The notes beneath the pieces are model-generated. The model saw only the letters and a program-made list of their open reading frames with translations. It did no database searches and had not been told where the DNA came from. A stretch of DNA of 63,000 nt, filler included, from Squatina squatina (lineage: Eukaryota): NCBI GenBank assembly GCA_031763465.1. It is 4 parts of 4 records of this genome, joined end to end, with 100 filler letters (N's around TTAATTAATTAA, not from the genome) between each part and the next. Parts side by side here need not be neighbours in the genome. Positions count along the whole stretch, not along the records: positions 1 to 14,102 come from JARFOE010000234.1; 3 more parts are not named here. One strand, given 5' to 3'. The stretch's first letter is position 1. The number at the start of each line of letters is the position of its first letter. The translations under genes and the position numbers were made by a program. Of this stretch, positions 1 to 14,102 are shown piece by piece.

Positions 1-2922
1 TTCTATACAGCAGCTTTTTATTTACTGTCAAATGCTAACTTCAAGCATTTCCTTCAACTCATATTATCATAATAGAGAAAAGGCTGCCCATTTTCATCCA
101 AGTGCTTGCTTGATCAGTAAGAGCAATGATTCGATTCAAAAAAATGTCAAAGAACCCAGCAGGGCTGAGATTACTTCCATTAAGATAGCAAAGTAAAAAT
201 GACATCTGACTATAGCCTTAGAGAACATGCAGGAAATAACATTTCCATATCACGCTCTAATAGATTCAGCTAGGAAGGGGAATTTTAAATGGAAATTAAT
301 TCTTTATCAGCTGTCACAAAGTACGGGCATCGTTAAACTTGAAAAACCATAAATAGGTACAGTACGTCTACCAACAAGCAAATATAATTAAGCCAATATA
401 AAATTTATTAATAAAAGACGGGACTATAAAGCTAGTCAGTCACAATATTATGGTGCAACCTGCTTCTGTGGTGAATACAAGATATAGTTACTTTTTTAAA
501 AAAAAAATCTAATATACTACATAACGATCAGCCAGGGATATCCAACTGTCTGTACAATATTGGTATGTCATCACGGTAACTGCCAATATTTTGAGCATAA
601 ATTCATACACAGCACACTGAATGGAAATTCATTTTATATAGCCCTCAACCATTCTGTATAGTTGCAATAAATACATCATGTAATATTGTCCCAAAACAGG
701 AACTAAATTATGCAAACTAACAAAGTTAATGATCAAAATATTAAAATGGATAATCTTATGGCAAAACATTAACTAACAAGATCAGTTATTCTGAGGGTGG
801 TGACTTAGCACTAGATTTTTCTCCTCAAAGCATGATGCATTAGAGGGCACTAAAGCATACAACTGTTTATCTTCATGTAAAAAAGAGGTTCTGAAAATCT
901 TTAAAAGCAGAAATAATTAGCTATTTTTAAGCAACGTAGAACAGGTATGATACAGTTTTCATTTTTACCAAATCTGAAATTTTAACCGCCCCTCAAGAAA
1001 AGTGCTCTTGAACAGAGCAGTACATTCTTTCTCATTGAAATAAATCAATAGCCAAGCAACATAAAGCAAGGGAGGATTCAGGTTTGCCCATCCTACACTG
1101 CTCAATTCTCAATTAGAATCAAATGAAACACAGCCTGATTGAAAGTCACAGCAACTCCAAGTAGGGGAGGGAAATATCACAGAAGAAAGTCACACATGGC
1201 CGTCTCGGATAGTTCCAGGTAGCCAACTGCGTGGAACACTGGCAGCAGCCTGCTAGCAGGGTATGCACATGCCTCTCGATGGGAGTATGAAGGCAAGTGC
1301 ACAAAGGTGATAAAGTTAGAGAGTAGAAAAAGAGAAGGAAATGCACCCAAATAACCCTACAAAAAATGCAATACTTTTCACCTCCCCAAAAGCTCCTGTT
1401 TAGAACTGGAACTTTATATATTAATGGTACTATTTATCTAGAATAAAATAAGCAATTGCGTACGAGATCTACCGGATTTGTTCGGTAGTAATGAATAGGG
1501 GCTTTATACAGCTCACACAAGACTTGGGAGTTAAAATCCTGCTACTCAGTTCTAACCAGTGTTCAACTCCAATTCCTCTAGTTGACACATATCAGTCGGT
1601 CTGCAGGGTATCTCAACATGTGCCAATCAGAACTGCGTCTTCATTCATAATCTTGTTCAATCATTAAACATTGATTTTTAATTTAATTTGTATTTTCTTC
1701 ATATACCATACAAAAAGAGTATGGNNNNNNNNNNNNNNNNNNNNNNNNNNNNNNNNNNNNNNNNNNNNNNNNNNNNNNNNNNNNNNNNNNNNNNNNNNNN
1801 NNNNNNNNNNNNNNNNNNNNNNNNCCACTTGACCTATTTTGGCATCATTAAGGTTTTGACTGCCGATGGACAGCATGTAGTGGTGAGCCAAGATTGTTAT
1901 GTGGTCAGCATGCAGCAAACTCCAAGAACTAGGCAATTAGCTTTTTTCATTTGCTTAAAAAAAAGGGTGATGTGGTAGCCTTTTCAAGTTAATGTTAGCT
2001 AATCCCACTGAACACAATTATTATGAATGCATTGTAGGCACTAGAACATGAAAAGGTCAATTGAGAAGCATACAACAGCGGGTATTTGTAACATGCTAAC
2101 ATTTCCATTTATCTCTTAATACAACTAAATAATTGGCCTACTCTAAGTACAACTGTGAACCAAGAACATAATTAGTGAACTGTGTAGAAGTTTCACAAAA
2201 CAATTATACCAACACTAACAACATGCACTGCACACTGGACTAAGTTCAAAAATTGGCACTGTTCCAACGACAAGACACCTGCAAGCAGTTCATTAGTCAA
2301 CTGGGCTAGGCTTTCATCATGAAATTTATTTACGAGGTTACAGACTGCAAAACATATGCAGCAAGAGAATTTTTAACTACACGCAGACTTGCAAACGTTC
2401 AAGTGACCATTCTTTCTGAATTAGCTTTTCTAAGCCTGAAGCCTTGGTTTGTGCATTTTTTAGTCAGTGATTTACACAGTATATGGCCCAGTCAGAGAAG
2501 ATTACTCAGATTTATTTTCNNNNNNNNNNCCCGTATACATATCGATCTCTTCTCAACACTTCTTGCAGTTGGTGCTCCCGATTCAGTAACCCAAATATAG
2601 CTCTCCCTGCAGCTTGCCCTTTTCTCCATGGAGTCCATCTAGTAAATAGTTTTTTCTCCTTTTTAGACAACTATGGGACCAGAGGCTGCTGCTACTCAAA
2701 AACAACATAGCTTTGAAAACGTCTCTAAACAGTCAAGCTGAAAATCTAAGTCAAAGTTTNNNNNNNNNNNNNNNNNNNNNNNNNNNNNNNNNNNNNNNNN
2801 NNNNNNNNNNNNNNNNNNNNNNNNNNNNNNNNNNNNNNNNNNNNNNNNNNNNNNNNNNNTTCCCTCCTTTCTGAAAGATTTTGGTTAATGTATCTACAGG
2901 TACTATTAGCTCTCCATACATG

Positions 2923-3066
2923 GGTACGGTAGCATTGTGGTTATGTCACTGGACTAGTAATCCAGAGGACTGGACTAATGATCCGGAGACATGAGTTCAA
3001 ATTCCACCATGGCAGCTGGGTAATTTAAATTCAATTAATAAATTAATCTGGAATAAAAAGCTAGTT
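2923..3066 (+). mobile_element. tRNA-derived SINE, 5' portion
   Basis: Pol III A-box-like TAGCATTGTGG and B-box-like GAGTTCAAATTCC, followed by the body 'atggcagctgg...atctggaataaaaagctag', which I recognise from shark SINEs. Confidence 0.65.
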
Positions 3067-3985
3067 TCAATAAGCTAAAATATGCAGGGACTTTGTTCAA
3101 GTGGAAAATATAAATTCCATTCTAGAGTTTAGGTTTCATTATAATTCCAACAGCCAGCAATGCCCTGAACAAAAGTCAAATTTATCTGATTTTCAGTTCT
3201 ACAAGTTTTTCTCAATATTTTTCTTTTATATACTAACTGCGATTCTGGATACAACCAAACTTAGTTAAGTGCCAATGTATCAAATTTCCATTTGTAACAC
3301 TTTTTTCAGAATGCTTTTTTTTTTAAATAAAAAAATATTCTTTGACAGACTTTCAATTACTACATAGCATAGTGCCATATGCTAATCCTAAGGCAATTTT
3401 AAATTCATAATGTGTCATCCCCACATATATAATGTATCTATCAGCATAAAAGAATTTCTACTTCCAACGCCACCGAGGCCCCAAATTTTCATGCATCACC
3501 ATAGTTGCAATTGGATAAAGCACAAAGTGTTGTCCTCGATCCTACTTCCAGTGGTCTCCATAAGGCATATCTTAAAATAACAATGGGAAGTGCAGCACTC
3601 AATAGGCCACAGATCTCGGGGCTCCACCCTTCTGCAGCACAGGCAACATAAAAGTGACACAAGTTACGACTCATTTTCAACCTTGGTGAGAATAATTTGA
3701 GAACCCAAGTGCCACAAATTTATTTCCACAAATTCTAACAAGTTTATAAGTTTGTAATAAAATCCCATCTGGTTATAACTGGTGCTTTAATACAAGAGGT
3801 TTGGATTGGTTGTGCTAATCAAAAATCATAAAAAAGTTAAAGATGCCCAATCACAATCCCCCACCACCCCAAAATTTATAGCTCTGCGCCAAGGAAAGGG
3901 TTACAACCAGAATATGCCAAATATGGTGAAAAGGATACATTCTAGTCGGAAATTTGGCATATTGCAACATTTTGTAATTCATTAC

Positions 3986-4035
3986 CTTGTGCAAGGCGTT
4001 CCAGTCTCTTCCCGTGCTCCGGAGGTATTGCATAC
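3986..4035 (-). CDS. KDM4C: KDM4C JmjC-domain internal exon (50 nt)
   Basis: ttttcAG acceptor and GTAATG donor; translates (W)YAIPPEHGKRLERLAQ(G), the KDM4C-type variant of this exon. Confidence 0.93.
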
Positions 4036-5683
4036 CTGAAAATGAAACAATGGAAGTGTCAATTCAACCCTTTTCAGAACTGGGTTCCTACTCTGTGCAG
4101 CTTAACGCAGACCAAAGACTTTCTCGGATATAATGGAACATTTTTCAACATTACCAAGTCAAATATGAAACCACTAGACCTGTAACAATATCCCATAAAA
4201 TACAGGACCAGTGTATGAATATTTTTATACACTATTTTACGAATGCTAGTAATCATTCAAGTGTTAGAGAAGNNNNNNNNNNNNNNNNNNNNNNNNNNNN
4301 NNNNNNNNNNNNNNNNNNNNNNNNNNNNNNNNNNNNNNNNNNNNNNNNNNNNNNNNNNNNNNNNNNNNNNNNAAATCCAAATATTTTCCCAGGGAAGGAC
4401 TAAAATTCTGAACAGGGCTGCTTCAAAGAACAGAATTTGTTTATACTATACACAATCAATTAAGGCAGATAATTTATATTTGCAAGATACCAGCAAATAC
4501 TGAGAGGTCAGTGTAGCATGTATAACATGCTCAATGGGATGAACAGTCTGTGCCTGTGCTACAATTTTCTAGGATACCACCCAGCTTTATATTGCACTAA
4601 ATTCAGTTGTGCTGACAGTTTGAATGAAACTCAAACAGAGCATTTCACTTTTTTGCAGGTGCAACTGTTCACCGCAAAAGACCCAACAGGTGCACAAAAC
4701 CAAGTTGCCAACTAGGTTATAACATTAGCTAGAATAAAGCTGGTGTTGTGTGTTACACATTATGAACATCATCTGATCAGAAATGGCCATTAGTGGAGCT
4801 AGAAATATAAACATATTAAAATCGACAGTACAGCATGTTATTTTTTTTCCTTCATTTTCCGTCAGGAAGTGGGGCAGGGAAACTGGCAAATCATATTGGA
4901 TGTACAATTCCATGAGCACCAAGCAACCATAGCTCATGCATACTTCCCACGGAAGCTGCTGGATAATGATGAAGAACGTCAGCTGATTTTTCACTTCCTG
5001 AGTTAAGGAAGGGAAAAGTAATGCTTTCTAGTCGAGACTGGCAAGTTCAGCGCAGCAGTGATTTAACTTGGAACCTTCTGCTCTATAACCCTTAGTGTCA
5101 CACATGGTGTATTTACCCACAAGCCAAGCTCAACTGATCTTAGCTTTTATTTAATTAAAAAACTGTACAATGTAAAAAATAAAGATTTGAAAGGTGTGTC
5201 TGTGATAGAAAGCAAATACCAATTTATGATAGCAAACTCTGAACTTAAAGTGCTACAGGTACTAAGAATTTAAAGCATTATACAATTGATTGTCGCTTTA
5301 TTCAACTTTTGTTGGCTCAGCACAAACTGAATAAAATTTGTAATAAATTTGCTGAACATAGAGGTGATATAGCTTTGACTGAGTAAGTTTTTAAAGCATC
5401 CAATATACTTTATTCCATTGGACAGTGATCAGAGACTGGCATCATAATTCATCATAATCAAAATAGACATTCAAGTTTAATTCATGATTAATACAGTGCC
5501 TACATGCTACCCAGACAAGAGGAGCAAATATAATATTACATTGCACATTTGTGTTTCACTGTCTACTTTATCTGCTCTGAAGTTATTTGTTTTCCTTTCG
5601 GTGACTGTTGCTGGTCATGCACCATGCTCAGGTGATAGGGTAAATATAGGGCACTCTCCCAACCTATGGCAAAGTGCTAACCT

Positions 5684-5697
5684 CCACTAGGGGGCAG
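5684..5697 (+). promoter_or_regulatory. Candidate CTCF site in a KDM4C intron
   Basis: CCACTAGGGGGCAG matches the CTCF core consensus; motif match only. Confidence 0.4.
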
Positions 5698-6023
5698 AGG
5701 AGGTGGAGTTCTGCATCCTGGAACTCCTCAAACACTGGAATTTCTTTCCCCAAAGGATTGCTACTCAACAACAAACAAAAGGCTTCATTCAAGGTTTATG
5801 ATCCCCAACCTACAAATTGAAGGCAATACAAAGCCCGCTTATGCAGGAATGCACTTTCTGGCCAAAACAAATGTAGAGTATCCAACTTACAGGGTACATA
5901 TTGCCAAATTTGTGGTGTGCTGTAGTTAACGTTGAATTCCTTTCAGCACAAACTTGACAGTTGCAACACGTACAAGTGCAGTTAATACTAGACTAATTAT
6001 TTTCTAACATACAAAGCACTTAC

Positions 6024-6138
6024 CTCATCATAGAGACTGCCACTGACATCTGCTCCATAGATTGGTGCTACGAAGGTTAGATTTTTCCAGTATTTACGTT
6101 CAAGATCTTCATAATCTAAGTATCGAGGAGTACAGTAC
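6024..6138 (-). CDS. KDM4C: KDM4C internal exon (115 nt)
   Basis: cAG acceptor and GTAAGT donor; translates [38 protein letters not shown]. Confidence 0.95.
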
Positions 6139-6311
6139 CTGCTTTAAAATAAATGAAATTAATGCACTTCACAAAACTTAATCGCTATAAAGATTTGCTG
6201 CTGCTGCACCACTATCCATCCCCATCCCCCAAGTAGAGACAGCAACTCTCCTTACAATACCACTGGGGATATTGGCCAAGGTCCGAGGCAGGGGGATCTC
6301 CAGAGGTGCGA

Positions 6312-6525
6312 GACAATATTTATCCTTCAACCAACATTACCTAACAGATTATTGGCCATTTATTTCATTGCTGATTGTGGGATCTTGCTGTGTCTAAATT
6401 GTCTGCCGCGTTTTCCTATATTACAACAGTGACTTCACCTCAAATGCACTTCATTGGCTGTAAAGCACTTTGGGACGTCCTGAGGTCATGGAAGGCGCTA
6501 TATAAATGCAAGTCTTTCTTTTATC
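6312..6525 (+). mobile_element. Deu-domain/SacSINE-like SINE, 3' half
   Basis: Core 'ttgtgggatcttgctgtg...aaattg' and tail 'aaggcgctatataaatgcaagtcttt'; related copies at ~7520, ~18125, ~33840 and ~47870. Confidence 0.75.
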
Positions 6526-7029
6526 TGTCTGTGAAACACTCTATGGCCTTCCTTTTCAGGATTTGATATGTTTCAACATTGGGTAGATATTTGGGGAACT
6601 GACAACTGGTGCCTCTCGCTCTCTCTCTCTCTCTCTCTCTCACTCTCTCTCAATTGTTATGGACTATTTAATCCTTGGAAAAAGAATACCAAAAGTGAAA
6701 ATTACCTTTTGTTATGATGGTATGTAATTAAATCCAGGTGTCAGCATGCGGCCCATAATGGATACAATGACAGGTGCATACAACATTCCAAGCAAGGCTT
6801 TTATGTAGGCTAATATAAAGGTGGGTGGAAAGAAATACTTCCAGGTAAAGGTTGAGGGTGTGAAAAGCATGATGCTACCTCATGGGTATTTATAGTAAAT
6901 AATTTATAGTGTGAGGGGGACATCATCATAATTGGCAGACATGCTTAGCGCAGTACATTCTTAACTTACCTGATATGGTAAGGTCATTAAACCTCTTTCT
7001 GCACTGCTTGGCCATGTATGGGATAGTCA

Positions 7030-7215
7030 AGTTGGCACTAATTGCTCTGGTTACATCTCTTCATTCCANNNNNNNNNNCTCTGAGCCACATTGGTTCTGG
7101 CCCTACAGTGCTGTGTGCCAAAGAGGGTCTCCCTCTTCTGCTTGACTTCATGCAACAGCACTTCCACTGCTGCATCTGGGAGCCAGTGGCTCCTCTGCCC
7201 TTACGCAGCCATGGC
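7030..7215 (-). mobile_element. Degenerate Harbinger Myb/SANT-like ORF fragment
   Basis: Minus frame reads MAA*GQRSHWLPDAAVEVLLHEVKQKRETLFG, resembling the N-terminal Myb-like domain of PIF/Harbinger DNA-binding proteins, with an in-frame stop. Confidence 0.45.
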
Positions 7216-7519
7216 CAGAAATCCCTTCTTCTTTGAATTTTACAGCAGTAAAACAATTACAATGATCTCCAGCTCTTTAAGCTGCTCCAGGCCTTTAAAT
7301 CCTGAGGTGCTGAACTATTTCCTGGTCTCAGTGGCCAAGCACCCATTCAGTGGTGTTTCTGATGCTAGGAGCTTGCCCAAAATGCCAACAAACTAAGCTT
7401 AAAAAATAATAATTACGGTGGGATCAAAATTTATGCAAGCATTAATCATTCTCCAACCCACTTGAGTTCAGGCTCCTTTCTTTGCACAGTTTCCAGAAAT
7501 TAGTAAGTCTTCTGTTGTT

Positions 7520-7897
7520 AACCCTTGAGCACATAACCTAGTCTGGCACTCTTGTGCAGTGCTGAGGGAGCGCTGCACTGTCAAAAATGTTTTTTGGATG
7601 AGATGTTAAACCAAGGCCCAGTCTGCCCTCTCAGGTGGACATGAAAGATCCAACGGCAGTATTCCGAACAAAAGCAGGGGCGTTCTCCTCAGTATCCTGA
7701 CCAATATTTATCCTTCAACATAACTAAAACAGATTATCTAGTCAGTTATCTCATTGGTATTTGTGGAACCTTGCTGTGCGCAAATTGGCTGCTGTGTTCC
7801 CACAATATTTATTTATTTATTATCTCATAATACTGCTGTGAAGCATCTTGGAACATTTGACTATGTTAAAGGTGCTATATAAATAAAAGTTGTTATT
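7520..7897 (+). mobile_element. Deu-domain/SacSINE-like SINE, near full-length body
   Basis: 'gtgcagtgctgagggagcgctgcactgtc...tgccctctcaggtggac...ccttgctgtgcgcaaattggctg...aaaggtgctatataaat'. Confidence 0.75.
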
Positions 7898-8277
7898 ACT
7901 ACAGGTGCATAGTTTTGAAAGACTTGCGACTTGTAAGCCCACGAGGAACGATCAAATGTGTGGTGAAAGCTACATAGAGCAGGAAGAAAATAAGAAAGGA
8001 AGTTTGTAACAATGGTCTCAGACTTACTAAAAATATGTTTGAAAATTCATTTGAAATTCAATGAATTTAAAAGTATGAGTAAATTAGAGTTGATGACTAA
8101 CATAGTGAGCTAAAAGTAAAAGTGTCATCCTGATTCTGATCTGCAGATTAAAATGTACAATTATATCTGTTTGTGACNNNNNNNNNNNNNNNNNNNNNNN
8201 NNNNNNNNNNNNNNNNNNNNNNNNNNNNNNNNNNNNNNNNNNNNNNNNNNNNNNNNNNNNNNNNNNNNNNNNNNNNN

Positions 8278-8945
8278 TTTGATTTTTTAGGTGTTTTTGA
8301 ATTGTATCTTTGAGTAAAGATTTATTAATCTTTCCTACCACCGATGTTAAGCGAACTGGTCTATAGTTCCCTCAACTAGTTCTATCTCACTTTTTAAATA
8401 TAGGAATCACATTAGCTGACCATCAGTTCTCTGGCACTATTCCATCTTCAAATGAATTTTTATATGTGATAGTGCTTCTGCTATCTCTCCCCCAACTTCC
8501 TATAACATGTGCAGATGAAATCTACCCGAACCAGGGGTTTTATCCTCTCTAATTTTCATCAGTTTACCAATTATCTCTCGCCTTTCTATCTGAAATGTTT
8601 TTATATCATTGTTGTTCTCTTCTTCTAATGTTATGCCCACCTCATTAGTTTCCCTGATAAATACTGAAGCAAAGTAGCTATTCAATATTTCTGCCACTTT
8701 GGTTTAATTACCTGTGAGTTTATTTTGTGCCTCGCTTACTCCTTATACTGATTTTTCTTTTGTTACTTACGTGTCTGTAGAATATATTGCTATTTGTTTC
8801 TATATTCCTTGATAATTTAATTGTGTAGTTCCACTTTGCTTTCCTAATTTTTTTGACTTCTTTCCTAATCTCTTCATATTCCCTTTTGTCAACCTCTCTT
8901 TTGTTTATGTACTTGAGTATGCCTTTTTCTTCAATTTCCATTCTA
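8278..8945 (-). mobile_element. CR1 LINE ORF2 fragment (degenerate)
   Basis: Minus-strand peptides KLSRNIETNSNIFYRHV, AEILNSYFASVF, DKTPGS and KHLKNQ are typical of CR1 ORF2, with frameshifts. Confidence 0.85.
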
Positions 8946-9462
8946 CCCTTGCGTCTTTATTCATCCATGGTGCTTCATTATTGGCTACTGGCAAATTTGT
9001 TCTTGTTTTTTTTAAAAAGAGAATATATTTCTCTTGATCACAGTTTCAAATATTTCCCACTGCGGTTCTATCTTTTTGTCATCGTTTTTTCCAGTTTACC
9101 TTCCATGTTAAAACTCAAAATGAGGGGGGTTGAAAAAGAAGTAACAGAATCTTTCCTCACAAATCATTTGCAAAACTCCCATTATTCATACAAAGAATCT
9201 GCAAATTACCTATTGTAACAAAGTCTTGTAATCCATTTTCGCCACTGAAAATAAACACACGAGCCCTTCTCCAGGCATTACATGAAAAACAGACCAAGAT
9301 GATTAGCAAAGCTTATAATTACTGTAAATATACCTATAAATGTACCAAGTTTAACAAATTTGTCAAATGGTTTATAGCCTGAGCCAAACATGATGAGAGT
9401 TTCAAGCTGATTCCATTATTAAACGTCTGTTCAAGGTACACTAAGGGTAATTCACTTCTTAC

Positions 9463-9606
9463 CTTTGCAAGGCCAGCCCTATGTGCACCCTGAGATTCCA
9501 TGTATGCAATATACTTAGAAAAATTCTTGAACTCTTCCATTGTGGGCTGGAAGGTCATAATTTTGCATGTAGATTTTGATGGAGATCCTGCTTCCTCTGT
9601 AGCCAT
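9463..9606 (-). CDS. KDM4C: KDM4C first coding exon (JmjN domain, 144 coding nt); likely acceptor at 9633-9634
   Basis: [48 protein letters not shown] followed by a GTAAGA donor; Kozak-like accATGg; GLDC as neighbour supports the C paralog. Confidence 0.93.
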
Positions 9607-10699
9607 GGTGACAGAAGCGTGTTTTTTTTTACCTAAAATAAAAANNNNNNNNNNTAACAGAGTATGAAGAAACAGATCATTCCCTATACCAGATGAACCA
9701 TTTAGTCATTTGTCCCACAGCTCTAGATCAAGATTTTGATTCAGTATCATAAAAGAATTGTGTGTACATGCAGGATACACACAAGTGCTTGGCTGCTGAA
9801 GGATGTATCATGTTACAGTCTCTGTTGGAGTAGCAAAAGCAAAATGGATGCCACAACCAGGAGGCCAGTCATTGGCCATTTAGAACGATAATTTCAGAGA
9901 GAAAGAAAATGATTGTTAAAGACAGAACCTTATCTTGTTTGATTCCCTTCAACATCATTTGGTCAATATGGAATGAAAAAGTGAAAAGAAAACACATTCT
10001 GTTGAACAGTAACAAGAACATATTTCCCCAAGATCTCCACTGATCGTAGCAGAGGGGAATCAGAGGGCTGAGGAAAAAAACTATGAGAGTCCTATCNNNN
10101 NNNNNNNNNNNNNNNNNNNNNNNNNNNNNNNNNNNNNNNNNNNNNNNNNNNNNNNNNNNNNNNNNNNNNNNNNNNNNNNNNNNNNNNNNNNNNNNNATGC
10201 GTGATCGCTTATTGGAGGGGAAACAAATCTGCTTTAGAAAGTTGTGGAGCCTTAATAATCTAATACTAGAAAGAAGCTGCTGACCTTAGACGGGCCAGAC
10301 TACAATATCCCCCTTATCTGCAGGAACTTTGAGTATTGTTAGTTCCCTCAGCGTATGTGATGTACTGAATTAAATGCCTTTGATGTATCCGTTTACAATA
10401 GTTCTTAACCAAGTACGAATGTATCAAGGAGTACTGTAGAAATCTCTTTAACTGCCCTCGTTCCCCCTGCCCCTCCCCTCATAAGTTGGAGGAAAGGAAA
10501 GGTTTTCTTCAACCTGGGAATTTTTTTTTCAGGATTGTACCCATAGTCAAAGTGACAGAACAGATCCATTAGTTTTCAGATACATGTAAAATAATGGAAT
10601 CAATCTCCAGGAGTGAACTTGAGGGCTATCTGTAGAAAAAAATGACGTAGCCCACAGCAGCTAACACTGTTTTAGGTTGGAAGATCCTGCCCGACCAAT

Positions 10700-10978
10700 C
10701 TCCTTTGATTTCTTTAAGGAAGTGACAACCAAGCTGACTGTAGTAATCCCGACAACATTACATACTTAGACTGTCAAAAGGCAATTTGATAAAGCTCCAC
10801 GCGAAAGGTTACTAATTAAACTCACAGCTGTAGGGATTCAGTACAAAATTTGGATAGGTACACAAAATTGGCTGAAGAGTAGAAAACAGTGGGTATGGGT
10901 TAGAGCAGTAATATCAAGGTGTGAACAGGGGGAATGAATGAGTGGTATGCACCAGGCTTTAGAATTGGGACTGCTGCT
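10700..10978 (+). mobile_element. CR1 reverse transcriptase fragment
   Basis: Degenerate YLD.QKA.FDK.PH motif ('tacttagactgtcaaaaggcaatttgataaagctccac') and SG.PQG..LG-like 'agtggtatgcaccagg'. Confidence 0.65.
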
Positions 10979-11169
10979 NNNNNNNNNNNNNNNNNNNNNN
11001 NNNNNNNNNNNNNNNNNNNNNNNNNNNNNNNNNNNNNNNNNNNNNNNNNNNNNNNNNNNNNNNNNNNNNNNNNNNNNNGAGAATGTGTGGCTAGCAAGGA
11101 GCACAACAGTAGAGCTCAGATGTGGTCTGAGGCATGTACAAGTGGCAGTAGAAGTAAGCACTCTCTGCG

Positions 11170-11335
11170 ATGGGTGATATGTTGGATTTGAAAGCTCAAC
11201 TTGGTGTCTGGATAGGCGAGTTCTGCCTGAGTGGCTGGGAAGGGGATGAAACTAATGGCAAGGGAGCCACAGACTGTAACTTTGGTCTTCTGAATATTGA
11301 GCTGGAGGAAGTTGTAATTCATCCAAGACTTGATG
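11170..11335 (-). mobile_element. L2 LINE RT fragment
   Basis: Minus frame WMNYNFLQLNIQKTKV resembles the L2 WM..NFLQLN..KTE motif. Confidence 0.6.
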
Positions 11336-12463
11336 ACGACTGCATTAACCAGCTATGTTGGGATCGCTAACAACCAGTCTTAATAGTGCCACTATTCAAA
11401 CTTAAATTAGTTTGATTCAAATTTGGAAATGTTACTTATTTTATCCAGTGCTGTTTTTGGAGATGAATGTAGCTTGAGTTGAAGCCATTATTCAAGGGGG
11501 AGGGGAGATGAAGTCTATTTTGTTTTGCCAAAATTATTCATAAGCTGAGGTTTATTTAACAGGAATGTGCAAAATACTGAATGCACACATGACCACAATT
11601 TACCAGCTTTTTTAAAATTTTCTTTCATTACCACATTGTGGTATTTTAATAACTTGTTTGTAACCTTTAAGTGAGATTAGTAGATTCGACTTTTGTTTTT
11701 TTCCCCTTAGGTGAAAATGAAATCCTTGCCAGTCTACACAAGATTGCAAGCAAGAATAAAATCTGGAGGTCTTACATTGGAATGGGCTATTACAACTGCT
11801 CAGTACCACAAGCAATTCTCCGCAACTTGCTAGAAAATGCAGGATGGTAATACAAAAGCTTTCTCATTTCAAATGTACTCCTCCTAAATGGTCTAAATTC
11901 AGAAGTGATTGGTCCCCTAATGGTTGAATGAATAAAGGCAATGCCTGGCGTACTGAGCCACAGTGACTAGAAGGTCCCAGGTTTGACCCTCTCGTATCTG
12001 GCACGTTAGCTNNNNNNNNNNNNNNNNNNNNNNNNNNNNNNNNNNNNNNNNNNNNNNNNNNNNNNNNNNNNNNNNNNNNNNNNNNNNNNNNNNNNNNNNN
12101 NNNNNNNNNNNATCGTGTTCATCTTTGTGTACTCTCGCAGTCTCTCTTCCAGTGGGGTTAGAGATGACGAGGTCTTTCCATTGACCTGTAGCCAGTGATG
12201 TAGAGCTAAAATGTGCTGAGATCCTAAGCGTTGAGTGTTCAGTCAAAGCTCACCTACATTTAGTTGGTTCTCCTGCTGTTTCTGGAGTTTTTGTTGCTCA
12301 TTTAAAATTGATTCTTGCAGTCTGAACTATTGACACTTGACCTACACACACACCAGCCAGTCAACACTAGCAAGCTCCTGTTTGTACGGCGATCTCCCAA
12401 ATCAGAGAAAAATGTTTTGAGTAGATAATTGATGCTGACTCTTTGTTTGCTCCTTCTGTCCAG

Positions 12464-12589
12464 GTCTGCCTTATCCCGAAATCGGCTCATGGCACCACTC
12501 CAGCCAGTGCACAAATGGCAGGGATGAAAATCCAACCCGTCGAAGTGGATAAGAATGGAAACATAGATGTTGCACATTTAAAAGCAATG
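12464..12589 (+). CDS. GLDC: Glycine decarboxylase P-protein internal exon (126 nt)
   Basis: ccAG acceptor and GTACGT donor; [42 protein letters not shown]. Confidence 0.95.
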
Positions 12590-13919
12590 GTACGTCATTT
12601 TCGAAACAACAGCGCATCCACAAAGTTACCACGATAAAATCTGTACTGAACGTTGCAGGAAATATTTGAACCATCATTCTGCAGTATAGAAATGGTCCAT
12701 TATGACAAAATTTTAAAGATATTTTTCAATCATGATGTTCCCAGTGTTTGTTACTTTTCCCAGGTGCTTTGTTCTGCATTTCAAGTTTATTGAGGTCCAC
12801 TACACCACCACCCATTTCATTGTTGCCTGTCTGTTAAAGCTTGTACTTTTGTAGGTAATTTTCTGTGTCTCACCATTTTTTACTACGTTGGTTGCTTTTT
12901 AAAATTTGTTGGCAGGATGCGGTTGACGCTGTCTGGGCTAGCATTTCTTTCTCTCCCTACTTGCCCTGAGGAGGTGGTGGTGGTGGGCCACCTTCTTGAA
13001 CCACTGCAGTCCTGCTGATGGTGCTTCAATGATGATGTTTGTTTTTTTACCCCTCACTAACTCTTCATATGGCAAATGCAAGGTGAGGGGGATAAAATTG
13101 TGCTCTTTCCCATCTTTATACTAAGGAATATCTTCCGATGGAAGTGGCGTGTCTTCACACCAGTTCTTGTGTTGCTGAATCTGTCGAATTTATACCTTGG
13201 GAGATTAAGCAATAATGGAAGAACTTTGACCAGCTGGCCAAGTCTTGCAATGCTGGGAGGAAAATGTACAGGCCAGCACATTGCTGAGACCCGGTGGCCC
13301 GAATCAAAATAGTTGGGAGTGCTGTATACACGTTGATGTCAGCCAATGACACTAGTGTTGAGCTGTTTACACTACAGGGATGCTGCTAATGGAAATCTTA
13401 CCATCAGAGGCAACCCTGTAAGTATGGGGGTGAGGGGGGAGGGGGGCAAGTTTACAATAAATCTTATGTCTGATTTATAAAGTGCAAGCTTTAGNNNNNN
13501 NNNNNNNNNNNNNNNNNNNNNNNNNNNNNNNNNNNNNNNNNNNNNNNNNNNNNNNNNNNNNNNNNNNNNNNNNNNNNNNNNNNNNNNNNNNNNNTGGGCA
13601 GGTGCCAAGTGCTTCTCCATAAAGGGGGAATTTGGAGAGCCAGTTGCCTCCAGGTCCTTCACTGTATCTCTTGGACCTTGGTGGAGGCCTGAAAGCAGAT
13701 CACTGGAGCAACATTCTCAAGGGTGAAGCTCCTCCTGGTAACCAGTGTGTAGTAAGCATTCCCCAAGCTAGAATTTATCCACACCAAAGGACAGAAACAC
13801 CACCCTAAGTGAAGCTTGTGGCCAGAGTTGGTATGTCAAGGGCGAATTACCTCTTGGTGATTTTACCTTGTCCCTTCCCTGCCCCATGCAATAAGGATAT
13901 TTGTTTTTGAGTGTTCTAA

Positions 13920-14072
<153 letters not shown>

Positions 14073-14102
14073 TAGGTTAAAATTCTTATTTGTTTAGTGT
14101 TG

